From: Tubiluchus corallicola
Taxonomy: Eukaryota > Animalia > Priapulida
Assembly (NCBI GenBank): GCA_030141605.1
Contig: JAQGDQ010000058.1
Location: 467,852-531,851, forward strand
Reading direction: 5' to 3'
Length of the DNA: 64,000 nucleotides
Shown: piece after piece, positions 41,302-56,050 of the stretch
Layout of the letters: every line of letters begins with the position of its first letter
How positions within the stretch are numbered: the stretch's first letter is position 1
Notes under the pieces: generated by a model
The model's input: only the letters and a program-made list of their open reading frames with translations
Databases searched by the model: none
What the model was told of the DNA's origin: nothing
Made by a program: the position numbers and the translations under genes

Positions 41302-44300
41302 TGCTTTTTAGTCACAGTTCGGCAACCTCTTTAACTCAATTGGATTTCTTCTTTGTACTAAAAAGTAGAAAATCGGCACAATGAACGGACATTATTTCAA
41401 GCAGTAAATTAGTACAAAATAGTAATACAGTTTCTACTAAAATTTAAGTTGACATAAACCAATTTCACCGCACTGCAGCGTTGCTTTGGGGCATTTTAAG
41501 TTTTAAACATTTTGACGATTCCCGTTTATTATTAATTACTGATCATGATCGATTAAAACTTTTTCTATTTCTAAAAAGTGGTATCTAGAAATTTAACTGA
41601 ACCCTTTCTCTTCTACCAAATAGTAGTTGCTCCACTTAAACCACGTTTTCATTTCATAGATTAAAAAAACTGCCTAGTGATTTATTCCTGATCGATAAAC
41701 TGATCATGAATGATTTTATTAACGCTAATAATTTACCCAGAGCCCACTGCACGCCAATATTTTCGGCACGTGTACCGCTGGTTTTCAGTACTTACCCATT
41801 CAGACTCACTAGCTATTTCTTGTCCAAAGACAGTTCGGCCTTTTTCTTCTCTACCAGTTTAACTCTCAAAAATTTAACAATTGCAGATTCTGTCCAGTAA
41901 TCATTTTCTCTTTTTCGTCTCTGCCTATTCTTCAAAAATACGAACTTAGGTGGTATTTTTTGTAAGTTTTCATACCTGGCTAAGTGTTTCGTCCAGTATC
42001 CTCCAATTGTTTTCTTACTCTTTTTATGATAGTGCTGTATTCGATTTGAACGATGGTGCAGTCTATGTTTTAACTGTTAAATTTCGTAAAGCTTACGTAT
42101 TCTCTCTTTACCTAGAGTCAGTCTTTCTAGTACGACTCTATGTATAGATGAAAGTACCTTTTGAAAGATTGATTGCAAAGCGCTCTCTTAAACTTTTTAA
42201 CACTGCAGAATGCAAAAAATAAAGCCTTTCATCAACAGATGAAACGTTACTAATCCTGTTGACTGAGTAATTTGTAAATATGTATTCGTAATGTGTGTTT
42301 GTAAATACTTGAGATTTGTTATTTCCTGTTATTTGTTTTGTTACTAACTTTGATTGCATGTTGTAAAATATGCGAATAAAATAATATGTGTATATAAATC
42401 TACAATTTATCAATAGTTTGTCTATTGAATGAGTAACGTGTTCTTCCGTACCTACCTCTCTTAAACAATGTATAGGTCAGCACGACATTACAGCGAATGT
42501 CTTGTAGCGGGTACTCCGGGAGTGGACTTATTGTTCTTTCCTAATTAACACAGAGCGGCAACGCAAACAAAACGGCTAGGTTGGTTCGTTTTGGGTGCAA
42601 ATCGGCAAATTGTTTAGTAAGGCCGCTGTTTAGTAAGGTGCAAATTGCGTTTACTGTTACATATTTATAAACTGGATAGATTGCTTCCCACCTTTGATGC
42701 CCATTCATGTAACACCTCTGTTTTAACTGCTATTTCTGACTACTGTATAGAAATATCCTCATACTATGCACAGTATGCAATTTGTTTTGAAATAAAGAAC
42801 GTGTCGTTAGGAACCGACCTAACACAGTAACCTGTGCTGCCACAGAATTTAATAACTATAGAAGCTATCACTGTTTTTGCGTATACAAATATGTTACCTC
42901 CAGACAAAGTCATCCAGCTTAATGCGCTGGAGAAATGCTAGATTGTTGAAGTGCATGCTAACCTCAGCAGATGTTTAGGTGGGACAGTTTAAATTTGAAT
43001 TAACATTAGAAGTTTGTCACTAGTAAGCACGTAATTTAAGACACCCATTAAAAACTAGTTACTAGGCCTAACGCATCGTGTCTGCCACAAAATTATTAAC
43101 TAAGCAAAAAATAGCTCAAAATAAATATATATCTCGCACATAATTATGTAGCTTTTGTACCATGAAATACATAGTATGGAAGTTCAAACAGCAGTTCTAT
43201 TCTTATAGTGTGCATAAATTCATAATAAGAATTGGTAAATTTATCGTTTTTACAATAATGTTTTATACCACTATTACGTAGATCTTACATGCATTTGGTG
43301 CGTAATTACGGTACGGCATTTTTTGAAGGTACAAAATACATCATTTTTTCGTACCGTGCAGTACTGCCAGCCTTGTCTGTTATTAACCAAACGCAGGTCT
43401 CATTAGCACAGTGACTAGAATAATCGCAAGGAAATCACACAATTTTCTATTTACAATTGCCGTTCAACAATGTCAAACGTCAACAGGCCCAAAATCTGCG
43501 AATGCTTTATCGATTTGAATGTGTCACATACATACTATCGTATTCACGTGTCAGTTTCCCTCGTATAAGAATAGTTGATTTCCTTGTCGAGAAAAAACCC
43601 TGTTTGCTTTTAATTCCGACACAGAAGTGGTCGACAGCATTTCGAAATGCCCTCTATAGAGACTAGATCAATATTCTCATGTACAAGTAATTATAAATTC
43701 CACTGTGAGTGACAAGGAATAGAACTTTGTCAAAATCAATGTCATTGAGTATTTCGAAATCTGTTCGAAACTGCTCAATACACACATCAATATCACATTT
43801 AGTTTTCACAAACATAAATTGCTTGGCATATTGATTTCAAACGGATGCATTGAAATTATTAATTGTAATTTTTATCACACGTTTTAATGAATAGAGGCAA
43901 CAAAATGATGGGAATCTAGAATTGCTTGTAGCAATTATTCAACAAAGATGTCCGTTTAATTTAAAATTACATACTTGCGTTTGGGAAGAAATAAAATACG
44001 GAAAAAAGATTTTCGAGACACACTAAAAATCAGTTGGTTGCAAAACTATAAAAACGAAAGAAAAAACATCATTAATTTAAAGGATTATTACTGGAAAAGC
44101 CAGGAGTGTAAAAAAAGTGTTACCAGTAGTCTAACGCCACGATAGCTAGTATAATTTTACTTAAAAATCAGTTTTTAATGCTTTGTGTCAATGTGACTCT
44201 TGGGATGAATTTAAATAAATATAATAAATACTACTACTCTATAGACGCGGAATTTCATACTACAATTGGTAAATTTTATCGCCAATTTAAGATGCTTGTG

Positions 44301-44910
44301 TCGTAACATACAAAAATTGAGAACTTACAAGGTATTTTTATACCACTGTCAGAGAGAAGTGGCCGCATTTCAAAACTGCGATTTTCCAAAATTTAATTGA
44401 TGGACAGGAATAACTTATGTCCTCTCTATCGACTTACGAAAAAAATTACGTTCATCTCAGCTTAAAAAACGTAATGAAAAATCATGTATTTTTCATGACT
44501 GTTTTCTAGGTAGCTTCGCTTGTCATACTAGCCCATTCTCATCCTAACTAGTTAGTTCATTGAAACAGGTTGTTGCAATGAATCCAAACATAGTTGAGAC
44601 ACATTTGCTGGTTCAAAGTTTTTCGCGAATTTTCCTTGATATTGAGATGTTTCTGTCCTGCCACAACTATATAGTTTCTACATTAAATATGCACTACGGT
44701 TGAATGGTAAACTTTCTCTTGCGTGAAGGTGAACTTAAAAACTGTTCCAGTGGAGGTGCAAAAATAAATGTAATGCAGTAAAGAAGGCTGACATTAGTAA
44801 GTTAATGTAGGCGTGTCATAAATGTTTTTTGGCAGAATAAAAAATGTTTTAGTTTCACTAGCTACGGTCTAGTTATATTACCATTCCTCCAGCAGAGTAA
44901 TGATGGTTAA

Positions 44911-44983
44911 GAAGCCACGGCTTAACTGGTTAGTACTCAGTAGTTTTAATCCTGCGACCCGAGTTCGAATATCAGTGGGGCCT
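44911..44983 (+). pseudogene. Degenerate tRNA (Gln-like) pseudogene or SINE head
   Basis: gccacggcttaactggttagtactcagtagttttaatcctgcgacccgagttcgaatatcagtggggcct aligns by eye with eukaryotic tRNA-Gln (TGGTTAG.ACTC...AATCC.GCGA.CCGAGTTC.AAT.TC.GTGG..CCT); the stems are mismatched. Confidence 0.55.
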
Positions 44984-45816
44984 AAAATTTTCGTGCTCGA
45001 ACCATAAAGTTATGACCAAGTTTATTAATTGTTATCTCAGTCACAATGCATACAGGTTCTGTTAATCTTAATTCCGTAAATATGGAGCGTGACAGTCGTA
45101 AATTTAGCCTTAGGTTCAATAGTCATGGCAGTTGAAAGAATGCACCAATGCCAGCAATATTTCTACTGTCGTTTGTACATCGACGAATGGATCTATCATC
45201 TGTTCTAAACTTGGCTTCTGTTTGTGACATTTATTTTCCCATAGATAGTTGCATGAAGAACTGTTACTTGTCTATGTTGACGTGCATTTTACTAGTTAAC
45301 CTTACGGCAATCGTACCGTGTACGTTGTCACATTACAGTACAATTGCCAGGGTTGTAACTACTAGGCCTCGTTTTTAACTTTTAACTTTATACTTAACTT
45401 TAACTCTACTTTACGCACTAGGACTCTTGTGCAATCATAACTTATTAGGCTTTGCTTAACTGGTTGGTAGCTTAATATTTTCTTTAAGCACAACAATAGC
45501 TGTCCGATTTATGAAGCGGCGTCTTCTTATTAGCCTTTTTTTTTAAGAAACGCCACTAGTAAATTTTGTTTTTTTCCACATACCTTTAGCGACTGGATTT
45601 AACATGTTTAGTATTCAATTTAGTTATTACTATTACCTCTTCTTAAGAATACCACTATTAATTTACTCTTGTACTGCTATTCTCATTTCTTCTTAGTTTG
45701 CTACATTGTATTTACTATTGTCTTACGAAGTAAACAAATCATATTTTGGGCATAGTTTTACCGCTGCATGAGTTGCTCCCTACTCCTTAATATATTTTCC
45801 CATTGATACAGGATGA

Positions 45817-48750
45817 TTGACAACAACCAATATAGGGCTTCTATCGGGCACGCACATTTTTATATTATCGCGCCATGCTAGAATAATTTTAACTAGGTTT
45901 TCAAATACCGTTTACAAATCCAAGTCTGTTGTATTTGCCTTTCTAATGCTGTTCTTGTTGTTATGCGGTGATATTCATACGAATCCCGGCTCTAAATCGT
46001 CTACGTTAAAATTTCTTGCTAGCAAACGTTCGTAGTTTAACAGCAAAGCTGACTGAATTGTCGAACATAGCTTTAGAACAGTGGTTTCCAAACTTTCTCG
46101 GACCGTTACCCAAATCGGGAAACCCGGTCGTGTCCATTACCCCCCACCTAGTACTACTTCTCCAACTCAAAAAGTAAACACACGTATATGCCACAAGCAA
46201 GCAAAATTATTTATGTTTGCTCGTGACATAAATAAATTTCCAGGTGTTGTTGTTGTAGGCAGTCTCTTCAAGAAGAAAACTACGTAAAATGCATTCCGAG
46301 TGAAGTTTTAAAAATTTTCAGAGGGGTGCCCGTTACCCCCCCCAAAAAAACCATATTACCCCCAGGGGGTAATTTACCCCTACTTTGGGAACCACTGCTT
46401 TAGAACATACGTACGACTTTCTCTGTCTGACGGACGTACTGTTGACACAGATTTGTCTTCATGATCGCCAGGTTTCGGTTGGCGGAGATCTAGCAATCTA
46501 CGTTGGCAACCACCTTTCATCTCGTCGCCTTGTAAACTACAAAACATCCAATCAGGAAAACAGGAAATCATGTGGGTTGAAATAACTACTAGTGGCATTT
46601 AATATGTGTATACGTTGTATACCGTTTTCCAACATGTCAAAGCTTAGACTCCTACGAAAATTTCATTGATGACCTTCAGCCATCATATGATAATATACTT
46701 CACACTTTACCTCCCTTTACTAATTATTTTTTATTTTTATGCTAAAATGTGAGTTTAATGCGAAAAACAGTAGATGGTTCTGTTCAGGGGACGAATTTAC
46801 TGCCGGTAATAAATTATTTCATTTTGTCTCAAGTAATAATTTAACCTAGCTTATGCATGAGCCCAATTGTATCACCGAATTATCCAGTAGTTTATTGGAT
46901 TTGGTAATTACCGATTCACCTAGTTATTTTGTCGAATGTACCACCGTAGCTCCAAAAAGTAACTGTGATCATTGCCCAGTTTTGTGTCGCATGTCCCTAA
47001 AATTAACACTGCCCACGTCCTACACTAGGAAAGTATATTACTAAGAACAAGCTGATTGGGCATAACTTAATCCTATCGTTGATACCAATTGGGGGCATCC
47101 AAATGCTTAGCCTGATATTGATCAATACTGTGTCTATTTTACCAAACAGTTTCAATCATTAACCGACCTATACATCGTTGTTACCATCCGACCCTAAAAA
47201 CAAAACCTAGTATAATATCTATTGTTGTCGCTTGCGTAGGCACAAAAATCGTATGTGGAACAAGTTTAAGAAACATTCAAACATACGTAATAGGCAAATT
47301 TTCATCAAAGCCAGAAATAATTACAATAAATGTCGATCTGCAAGTAAAGCAAATCACTACGAAAATTTATCTGTTCGGTTATCAAATCCTGACACTACCA
47401 GCAAAACCTGGTGGAAACTTTCGAAATCTGTGTATGATAACAAGTATTATTTGTGTCTACACTCCTTGATGGAAGGACCCAGTTTGATCACTTTTGACAT
47501 TGATAAAAAACTAATACTTTCAGTTCTTTCTTTTGTGCTCACTATACAGTAGATTCACTCAATGATGTACCTCTATTTTTTTACAAAACCAGCGAAAGGT
47601 TACTCAGTGTTAATATAACCCCTAATGTAGTTCAGGACGTTCTTTTAAGCTTAAATACATCAAAAGCATCAGGTAGCGATTCCATTAGCTTTTAAAGAAA
47701 ACTGTTGAGTCTATTTCAACCTATCTTCGTGTGTTATTTAATTCATCTGTAGGCCAAACATCGATTTTTCCCAAAACCTGGAAGAAGGCCAATGTTTGTC
47801 CAATTTTTAAAAAGATAATCGTCAACTAAAACAATTATAGGCCTGCGTTACTTCTACCTTGTCTGTCAAAGGTATTGGAAAGAATTGTTTATAAATATCT
47901 GCTTGATTACCTTATTGTGGATAATTATTTACTGACATTTAGAAACTCTGGATTCAAACCACACTGATGGTACTATTTATCAGCTTCTTCATATAATGCA
48001 CAATATTCCTCAGGCACTGGATGCCGGATTTGATGTAAGGGATGTCTTCCTAAAATCATCTCTAAAGCATTTGATAAGGTCTGGCATTGGGATCTGCTGT
48101 TTAAACTCAAACAAGTCGGTATAATAGGGAATGTGCTAAAATGGTTCGAAAACCTAACCGTTGTCAGCGTGTTGTATTAAATGGTAAATACTCTGACTAT
48201 GGCTTCACAAATGCTGGTGTCCCCCAAGGTTCCGTTCTTGGTCCAGTTTTATTTTTAATATGATATGTTAAACGTTACTATCAATGCTGAAAAAACGATG
48301 TTATGTTATTTAGTCGAAAACCTGTCACACCCCTCAGCCACTGCTTTATCTTAACAACAATGTTTTAACAACTGTTAGTTCGCACAAACATCTTGGTCTA
48401 TACCTCCAACCTAATACGAAATGGGATGTTCATATACTGCATTCAACAGGTTGTACAGATTTCAGTGGTAATATTATTGGTAAAAAATGTTCGTGTGGCT
48501 ATTATATTGAATTTATTACCCATTATTTACTCGAGTGCCCTCTATATGCTGTAGCAGAGAGCAACTCATACACAAGTTATCCAATTTGTACTTTAATAAT
48601 ATTATTCCATTTGACATTATTCTTTTGGATACTGAATCTCTAACTAGTATACTCTTAAATGGTAGTACCCTTCTAAACAATGACCAAGATATAGTTATAT
48701 TTGATATTGTTTAAACATATATAAAAATACTCGTCGATTCGTTTATTAGT
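45817..48750 (+). mobile_element. Decayed CR1/L2-group LINE (APE endonuclease + reverse transcriptase)
   Basis: Fragments LLLLCGDIHTNPG, NVRSL, LLDLVITD, CDHCP, KTWWKL, WKKANVCPIFK, NYRP..LLP.LSKVLERIV, SKAFDKVWH..LLFKL, GVPQGSVLGP, HKHLG occur in the expected order; many stops and frameshifts. Confidence 0.9.
46079..46397. mobile_element. hAT MITE nested in the LINE endonuclease region
   Basis: TIRs CAGTGGTTTCCAAA / TTTGGGAACCACTG; 8-bp TSD CTTTAGAA at 46071-46078 and 46398-46405. Confidence 0.9.
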
Positions 48751-50731
48751 GTGGTACATTTTATGCCTTTTACTTATTAGTACGTAGCATTGTACTAATA
48801 TATGTATTTCATCGTATATTAATCTATTTCTACGTATTTCATCTGCAAATAGTTACACCACCGGTATACCATTTCTTCTTCCTGATGCCTCTTTGTCAGT
48901 GGTTGCTTTGGCTAAAGGTTTTATTTGTGTCTTTTTGACAGTAATAAAAATGTGGTTATGTAAAAAAAGTATGCCAGCAGAGAAAACACACATACGCAGA
49001 ATGTTAAAAAACGCCAACGAACGAACACGTTTTTTGTAAATTATACTAATAAGTACACCAAATACAGTACTTACCATAGTTAATCAGCCTATTACATACA
49101 ATGCTGCTATTTTCATTACTGAACACAAATTCAAAGTGTAATAAATCCGTCTCTCAAAGACTTAAAATAGACAAATCCTGACTAAACTGATTTTTTATTG
49201 GTACTCCGTTTATAGGTCTCGTTGGCTTCGTCACAGAGCAATTCAGAAGTTGTTCACAGCTAGCAACCTCGCAGACATTTTAAAAGCTGCACACAACAGC
49301 TAATGTAATACGTCTATGGTGACTCTATACGTTTATAACTAACGTACGCGAATACGTCAGCGTGGCTTATTGCTATTTGCCGGAGTTAGGCGCGCGCACT
49401 GTGTACTAAGCATGCAAGTGACAATAATATGAACGTTATTATTTTACCTTATTATAATTATAATACACGAAGACAGCTACATAATACGCTATTATAGGCT
49501 ACATTGCGCACAAAATGTACAAAACTTTAAAGGTGTTAATGGCAATTCGTAATGTTACCGTTTCATGTCATTTGATGGCGCCACGAGTTTTCATAATGTT
49601 TTACAATGAAGTTTGTTGAGTACCAGTGCCGTCATTTATGGAATGCACTATTGGTCAAATAATAGCTAGCAGACCTTTTGCCAAAGCACAGATATTGCTC
49701 AACGGTTGATAAATTGTATTGTCATTTATCTCACTAAAATGAATTATTTTGCAAAGATCTATTAATTCGTTCTACTGCTAGAAATATTACAATTAGATGA
49801 GCTACACTTATCCATTTTCCAAACAACTATGTGTGCCTTTCAACAAGTGCATAACTTTCATTTTTTTGTTAGGTATAATATTGTTATGTTGTGCATTTAT
49901 GTTATAAACTGTGTTGTTATGTTTTTTAAAAGCTAATTTATGTTCCCTTACGCAACCTAAATAAATAAATGATAGAACAAATGTACATGGAATGGAAGAA
50001 TGAACAAAGGAATAATTACATAAACGCGAGAATGAATTAGAATATATGAATAAATTGAAATCAAGCAACCAATCAACCAGCCAACTAACCAAGAACCAGC
50101 AAACTGACAAATTAACTAACTAACTAGCCAATTAACTAAATGACTGACTAACTAGCCCTAACTGACTAACTACTAGTTGGTTGATTGACTGATTGACTGA
50201 CTGACCGACCGTCCGGCCGACCAACTTACCGACTGACTGACAGACGAACAAACAAACAAACGAACGAATCAATAAGCAAACAAGCAAGCCAACCAGCTAG
50301 TCAAGCAACGAAGTATCAACCAAAAAACCATCTAACCAACGAACAAACTGAACACCAACCAAACATTTGATCAGTGAACTAGTTCTAATTTAAGGAATGA
50401 ACGAAGCAGCCAGCATATCGGATTGAATCTATTTGAGCTTTAATCGCAAGCCTGGATGCCAGCAGACTGTGGTTTTCTTCATCTTCGTAAACCACGTGAT
50501 CTTGTCTATCAGAGAGGCGCATTTAATTCCCGTGAAGTTAACACCAATGCTCACGAATCACGAGCCGTCATCATATCGAAACAGCTAAATTCATTCCAGG
50601 AAAAAATCTTTTCACTTTTATCTTTTTTCGTTCAACTAACATACTGTAATGTGTAAGTCCGTATAAATCCAGGAATACATTTCGTTTGGTGATAGTTTGC
50701 ATAGTAATGCTCAAAAAGTTAAATAAGTAAA

Positions 50732-51214
50732 ATGAATAATAAACTTGTAAGTGTTCTTGATGTGCTGTTATCAACTTTTATTTTTGCTCCTCTTTCGGTC
50801 GTCTTGTGGCGGAGCATTTGGTATCTTCAAGATGATTACATTCACACCTCGCACGATGGTGAAAGCGCATTGTTTAGCTATATCATCGGGACAATATGCA
50901 TCTTTTTCAACATTTATTGGCAGCAGAATATCGAAAAGTCGATAATGAAACAAGGGAAGTTCGCCCGCTTTGTCTTGACTAGATTGTATGTAGTTCTGTT
51001 TGGTGTCGCCACAGTGTTTCAGTGGACGGGACTCTGGAACGGTTTAGATGAACTAACTGGAGAGACTTGGAAAACTAGCTTAGCTAGTTTCATCATTGGT
51101 TACGGAATTTTGATAGCTTTGCAATGCACCAGGTCTGCTCTTGGACCTCCCCTAGTCGTGGAGGTCGATTTCCACGATGCGGTGTTCAGGATACCGACCA
51201 GATTCAACAGAAAG
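50732..51214 (+). CDS. Fuseless-like multi-pass membrane protein, coding exon 1
   Basis: D..LS.FI.APL.V..WR..W...D..I and W.GLW...D motifs, PPLVV.VD....F...TRF as in the Fuseless family; 161 codons, donor AAG|gtaatg (phase 0). Confidence 0.8.
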
Positions 51215-52979
51215 GTAATGGGCACTAGATGTTAGATCATTGTCATTTATATAATAATATCAAAGACTGAAAGGCAAAGGCAAAACTAATATAATTGTGC
51301 TGAATAGAGAATCAAGTGTTTTATTGGTGCCGAAATTAAGTAATTAGAAAGAATGATTACTAAACTGATACTTAAACTATTCAACTTAAATGATGTACAA
51401 ATTTAAAAGAAACAGTAAAGAACCACATATTCATAACCTTCGCGATTTCCTAGATGTTTGATGCTTTAACGCTAGTTAAGTACTTGACACCAGTTCTACT
51501 GCGGATGCAAAATCTTGTTTTACTTTTGGTAATACGCCTACAGAAAGATTTTAGTAACCTAACAGTCACTTAACCTGAATAACTCAGTTTGAGTAAATTG
51601 AAAGTGTTATTAAGTACATTAATTCGTATTTAAGTTGTGCAATTTAAATTGAATAAATGAGATAATCTTCAATCTGGTATGATAATAGTATTTAAGAGAA
51701 GCTTGATTAATCTTATTTGAAGAAGTTTTATATTTTATTACGAATTCACGGCACATTTTGTGGGTTTTTCTTTTTAGAAAATTTGGTTGTTTAATGTACC
51801 CAGATAAGTAAGTCGCTGAAAGTGAATAGTTTAATTACTCAAACTGAATAGCTAACATACTCATCCTTCACACTATTTTCACGTAGTTTTACGTAATTTG
51901 TAATTTGGCGCAAAGTGGGATAAGTCGTCCTAGAACTTTTAATTAAGAGATTTTATTTGTATTTTTGAAGTGCGTGTTTGTTAAATCCAAATTTAAAGTT
52001 TGAAATATTTTACTGCCCTTTGAAACGGCTCAAAATGGTTATTTGTTCATGCCAGTACATAGCGAATCGTCAAATTTCGCTCAATTTGAATAAACAGTAC
52101 TTAATTTATAACTAACTTAAAATAAAACGAGAAAAGAGAAATTAAAATTAAATTCGAGAATAGTAACACTATTCCCGCTAAATGTAAATATTTTAGCTTA
52201 AATCGGCTTGTCATTGCTTTCACTTTGTTTGTTAGGAACTGACAGTTTGAGCTCTTTGTAAGTTTGTACTGCCTAAAAATCTTTCGTGGCGTGTGGATTA
52301 AAAACGACCTTGCTAGCTCTTGAGTGCAGCGTGATTTTGCATTGAAGTAATAAAGATAGTTTTTATGATGATATCATTGCTATGTGTTGTTCTTATTATT
52401 GTTGTCGTTGTTGTTGTTGCCTTGTTGTTTTGCCCTAAAAATCCACTAACTTCTGTCAGTTTTAATAATACTATTATAGCAGTATGTAATAATTTTAAGA
52501 TAATTGTGACACAAGTGCTGTATGCTGTAGTACGTAGTTTGTAGAGTGGTATAAATAGCGGCCTTCATTGGCAAAAACAAGCTTGAATCGAACTGCTGAC
52601 CAAAACTCTGACACTGACGGTAAATGTAAAATTTGTTCTAGTATATTCATTGCAAGGTTTAGATTTTTGGTTTTTAGATTTTTTCGAAGATGATATTATC
52701 GCCGCCAGTGAAAATAAAAATGGCCGATCGAAAATCGCCAGACAATATATATTTGCTCAAGCATATTCCTGTAAAGGTTCGTGATGATCCGTTAGGGTTC
52801 GCGAAGCCTTGGTTTTTTTTAAAGAACAAGAACAACATGAGTGGCGATTTGTGTTAACTTCCTCAACAAAAATTCAGGAATTGTTGTAATTTGTAAGCAA
52901 GTACTGGGGTAAATTGCTTGGTAAACCGTTTTTCATACTTTCAAAAGTTTAAAATACTGTAGTTGAACCAATGTGTATA

Positions 52980-53462
52980 CCGTATTTTCCCGTGTATAAG
53001 AGACCCTTTTTTGCTCAGAATTTTCACTTTAAAAATAGGGGGTCTCTTATACATGGGAGTAAGTCTTTTCAATAAGATGCATAAATTGTGACACTAATGA
53101 TTTTAAAGAAATAAGTGCTCTAGAACTGTTTTATTTCGAATAATTATAGTTTCCTTTCAATAAATCTTCTCCATGGCTAAATTCTAATGATAAAATTAAT
53201 GTACCGGGTAAGTTATTATTTTTTTAAATGTCAAAAGAGGACAATGCCATTTTTGAGCAGAGTGACTCCTCTGATGATGAACTGGCTGGAATTGCTGAAG
53301 GTCTGACTCCAGTTGATATTTTTGATGAGAGTGATGAGGAATTTAATGATTTCTATGATGAATAAAGTTATTCATTACCAAAAAACTTTTTTCCAGAATT
53401 TTTGCCTAAAAATTGAAGGGGTCTCTTATACACAAGGGTCTCTTATACACGGGAAAATACGG
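52980..53462. mobile_element. pogo/Tc2-type non-autonomous DNA transposon
   Basis: 27-bp TIRs CCGTATTTTCCCGTGTATAAGAGACCC and reverse complement, TA on both sides, internal copies of the TIR core, and a remnant acidic ORF tail (EDNAIFEQSDSSDDE...DIFDESDEEFNDFYDE*). Confidence 0.88.
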
Positions 53463-53924
53463 TAACTGGAAATATCCTGTAATTGAGTATGTAGTAGAAT
53501 AGTGAATGTTAAGATGTGCGTGACGTCCTTAGCAAGACACCAATTAAGGAACTAAGCAATTTGTAACACAGAAGATGCAGTCGTACTTTAAACAACCTGA
53601 TATTTACCTTTATATCTAGGTGTTTCATTAAACTATAATTGGTGACACCTTGAAAATAATAACCTCAAGTTAAAGGACAGTTAAATAGAGTTTTAAGGTT
53701 TTCTGCTTTTAGCTTCCTATAGGGCCTATCTTACAAATAACTTAATAGTCGGAAAATCATATTGAATTAAAACAATTTTTTTCAAAAAATTACTTACTGT
53801 TTGTTGCTGGCTTCCTTTAAACGTGTTTATTTATTTTGTTCTTTGTCTGTAACTTCATTAAAATTTAATTTTGTTCACTTCGGTATTTCTTAATTTGGTC
53901 AGTCAATCGCTGCTTTTTATTTGC

Positions 53925-54127
53925 TTGTCTGTCTGTCTGTGTGTTTGTGTGTCAGTCAGTCAGTCAGTCAGTCAGTCAGTCAGTCAGTCAGTCAGTCAGT
54001 CAGTCAGTCAGTCAGTCAGTCAGTCAGTCAGTCAGTCAGTCAGTCAGTCAGTCAGTCAGCCAGCCAGCCAGTCAGTCAGTCAGTCTGTCTGTCTGTCAGT
54101 CTGTCTGTCTGTCTGTCTGTCTGTCTG
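53925..54127. repeat. (GTCA)n/(GTCT)n microsatellite
   Basis: Directly visible. Confidence 0.95.
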
Positions 54128-54272
54128 CCCGTTTGTTACTCTGTTCATCCGTGCATCTATTCATATTCTTTCGGTCATCCGTTTGGCCATCTGTCTGTCT
54201 CTCTTTCTTTTCTTATTTTTGCTTGTCTGTGAATTTACTTAACAATCGTAACGTCTGAAATGTTTTTTTCAG

Positions 54273-54803
54273 CCAACAAAGCAGTACGAGTTTATTTTAG
54301 ACTGTCTCTTAACGGTCTTTCTCATAGATGGCGGCATCATCTTAGTTTGGAGAAGTATCTGGGTAATTCAAGATGCACACCTCCTGCCAGATGAAGGCTA
54401 TCTCAACTCTTGGTTGTCCTACGGGATAGGAAACTGCGTGTGTCTCGTCTGCTTTCTATTACAACCACAAGCAGCTGCCATCTCAAAGAAACTGGACAAA
54501 TTTCACACCTTTAAGATTGTCTTTGAAGACCTCTTCATTGCTTTGGGAAATTTTGGAGTTGTAACTCTGTGGCGAGGGGTGTGGCAGTTGTGTAACCTAT
54601 ACGTACTTCCCCAGGAGCTTCCGGACGCTGACGAACACACCTTAAGCAGTGTTTTACTAGGTTTTACTGTTAGTAATTTCGTGTTGTTGTTGATGTTAAA
54701 TCTCAAATCAGCGTTCACTGCAGGGGTGGATCTTGATGGTACTTACTCAGAAGGAGAAGGCGTTTGGTTTCACGTACATTACATTGATAACGCAGTTCAG
54801 ATG
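54273..54803 (+). CDS. Fuseless-like protein, coding exon 2
   Basis: Acceptor tgtttttttcag|CCA; open frame PTKQYEFILDCLLTVFLIDGGIILVWRSIW...LLQP...VTLWRGVW...GVDLDG; donor ATG|gtaaga at 54803. Read-through would stop at 54827. Confidence 0.8.
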
Positions 54804-55203
54804 GTAAGAAAAGGTTCTAAAATGTGACAAACCAAAATTAATATATCTAGCCTCGCACGTGTACAAAAACTTAACAATTGTACAACTGTACAACTGTAAG
54901 ATTAGTGCAAAAAGGATAAAATTCCTGATAAAATTAATTAAAGGAGGAGAAAGAGACGAATAAATTGTGAGTAGCCAGGATTTGAGTAGAAACACGCGCT
55001 CTACCACTTTCTTCTTTGATTAATTAAGCGTTAGGTTATTGGTGTTTCCATTATTCTGGCTTATCACGTTTAACGTACTGTCGTTGAGTTGAGATCAACT
55101 ATTTGTTATTGAAAAAGCTGTTGGAGCTGTTTTTGCCTGACAAAACTTGAGTAAACCACTTATGTATGCTGACATGTTATAACATCTTAAACCAGTGAGG
55201 AAG

Positions 55204-55741
<538 letters not shown>

Positions 55742-55807
55742 TCATTAATTCTTACTTTCTTCCCTTTTCGCTTTTTACTATATTCTCATGTCTTTCTGTA
55801 GTTTCAG

Positions 55808-56050
55808 GGTCACTCGTTGGACATAAAGCGAACGGGCACAAAAGGAAAAGCTTCGCATTCGTTTGGGAAAAATCTATTCGACCTACAATCCGGACCTGTG
55901 CATTTTTTAGTGTCCTACATTCTAAAACAGGCACAAGCCCGCGATGCATATGCAGTCACAATACATAGAGCTCTTTCAATATCTGAGCAAGGAACTATCT
56001 CTATATCAGAACAGGTTGACCTCAGCGACCGGCTTGTGACACGATTATAA
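55808..56050 (+). CDS. Fuseless-like protein, probable terminal exon 3 (cytoplasmic tail)
   Basis: Acceptor tctttctgtagtttcag|GGT, phase 0, matching the exon 2 donor; 80 open codons ending SDRLVTRL*. Spliced product is about 418 aa. Confidence 0.6.
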   Translation, partial: GHSLDIKRTGTKGKASHSFGKNLFDLQSGPVHFLVSYILKQAQARDAYAVTIHRALSISEQGTISISEQVDLSDRLVTRL

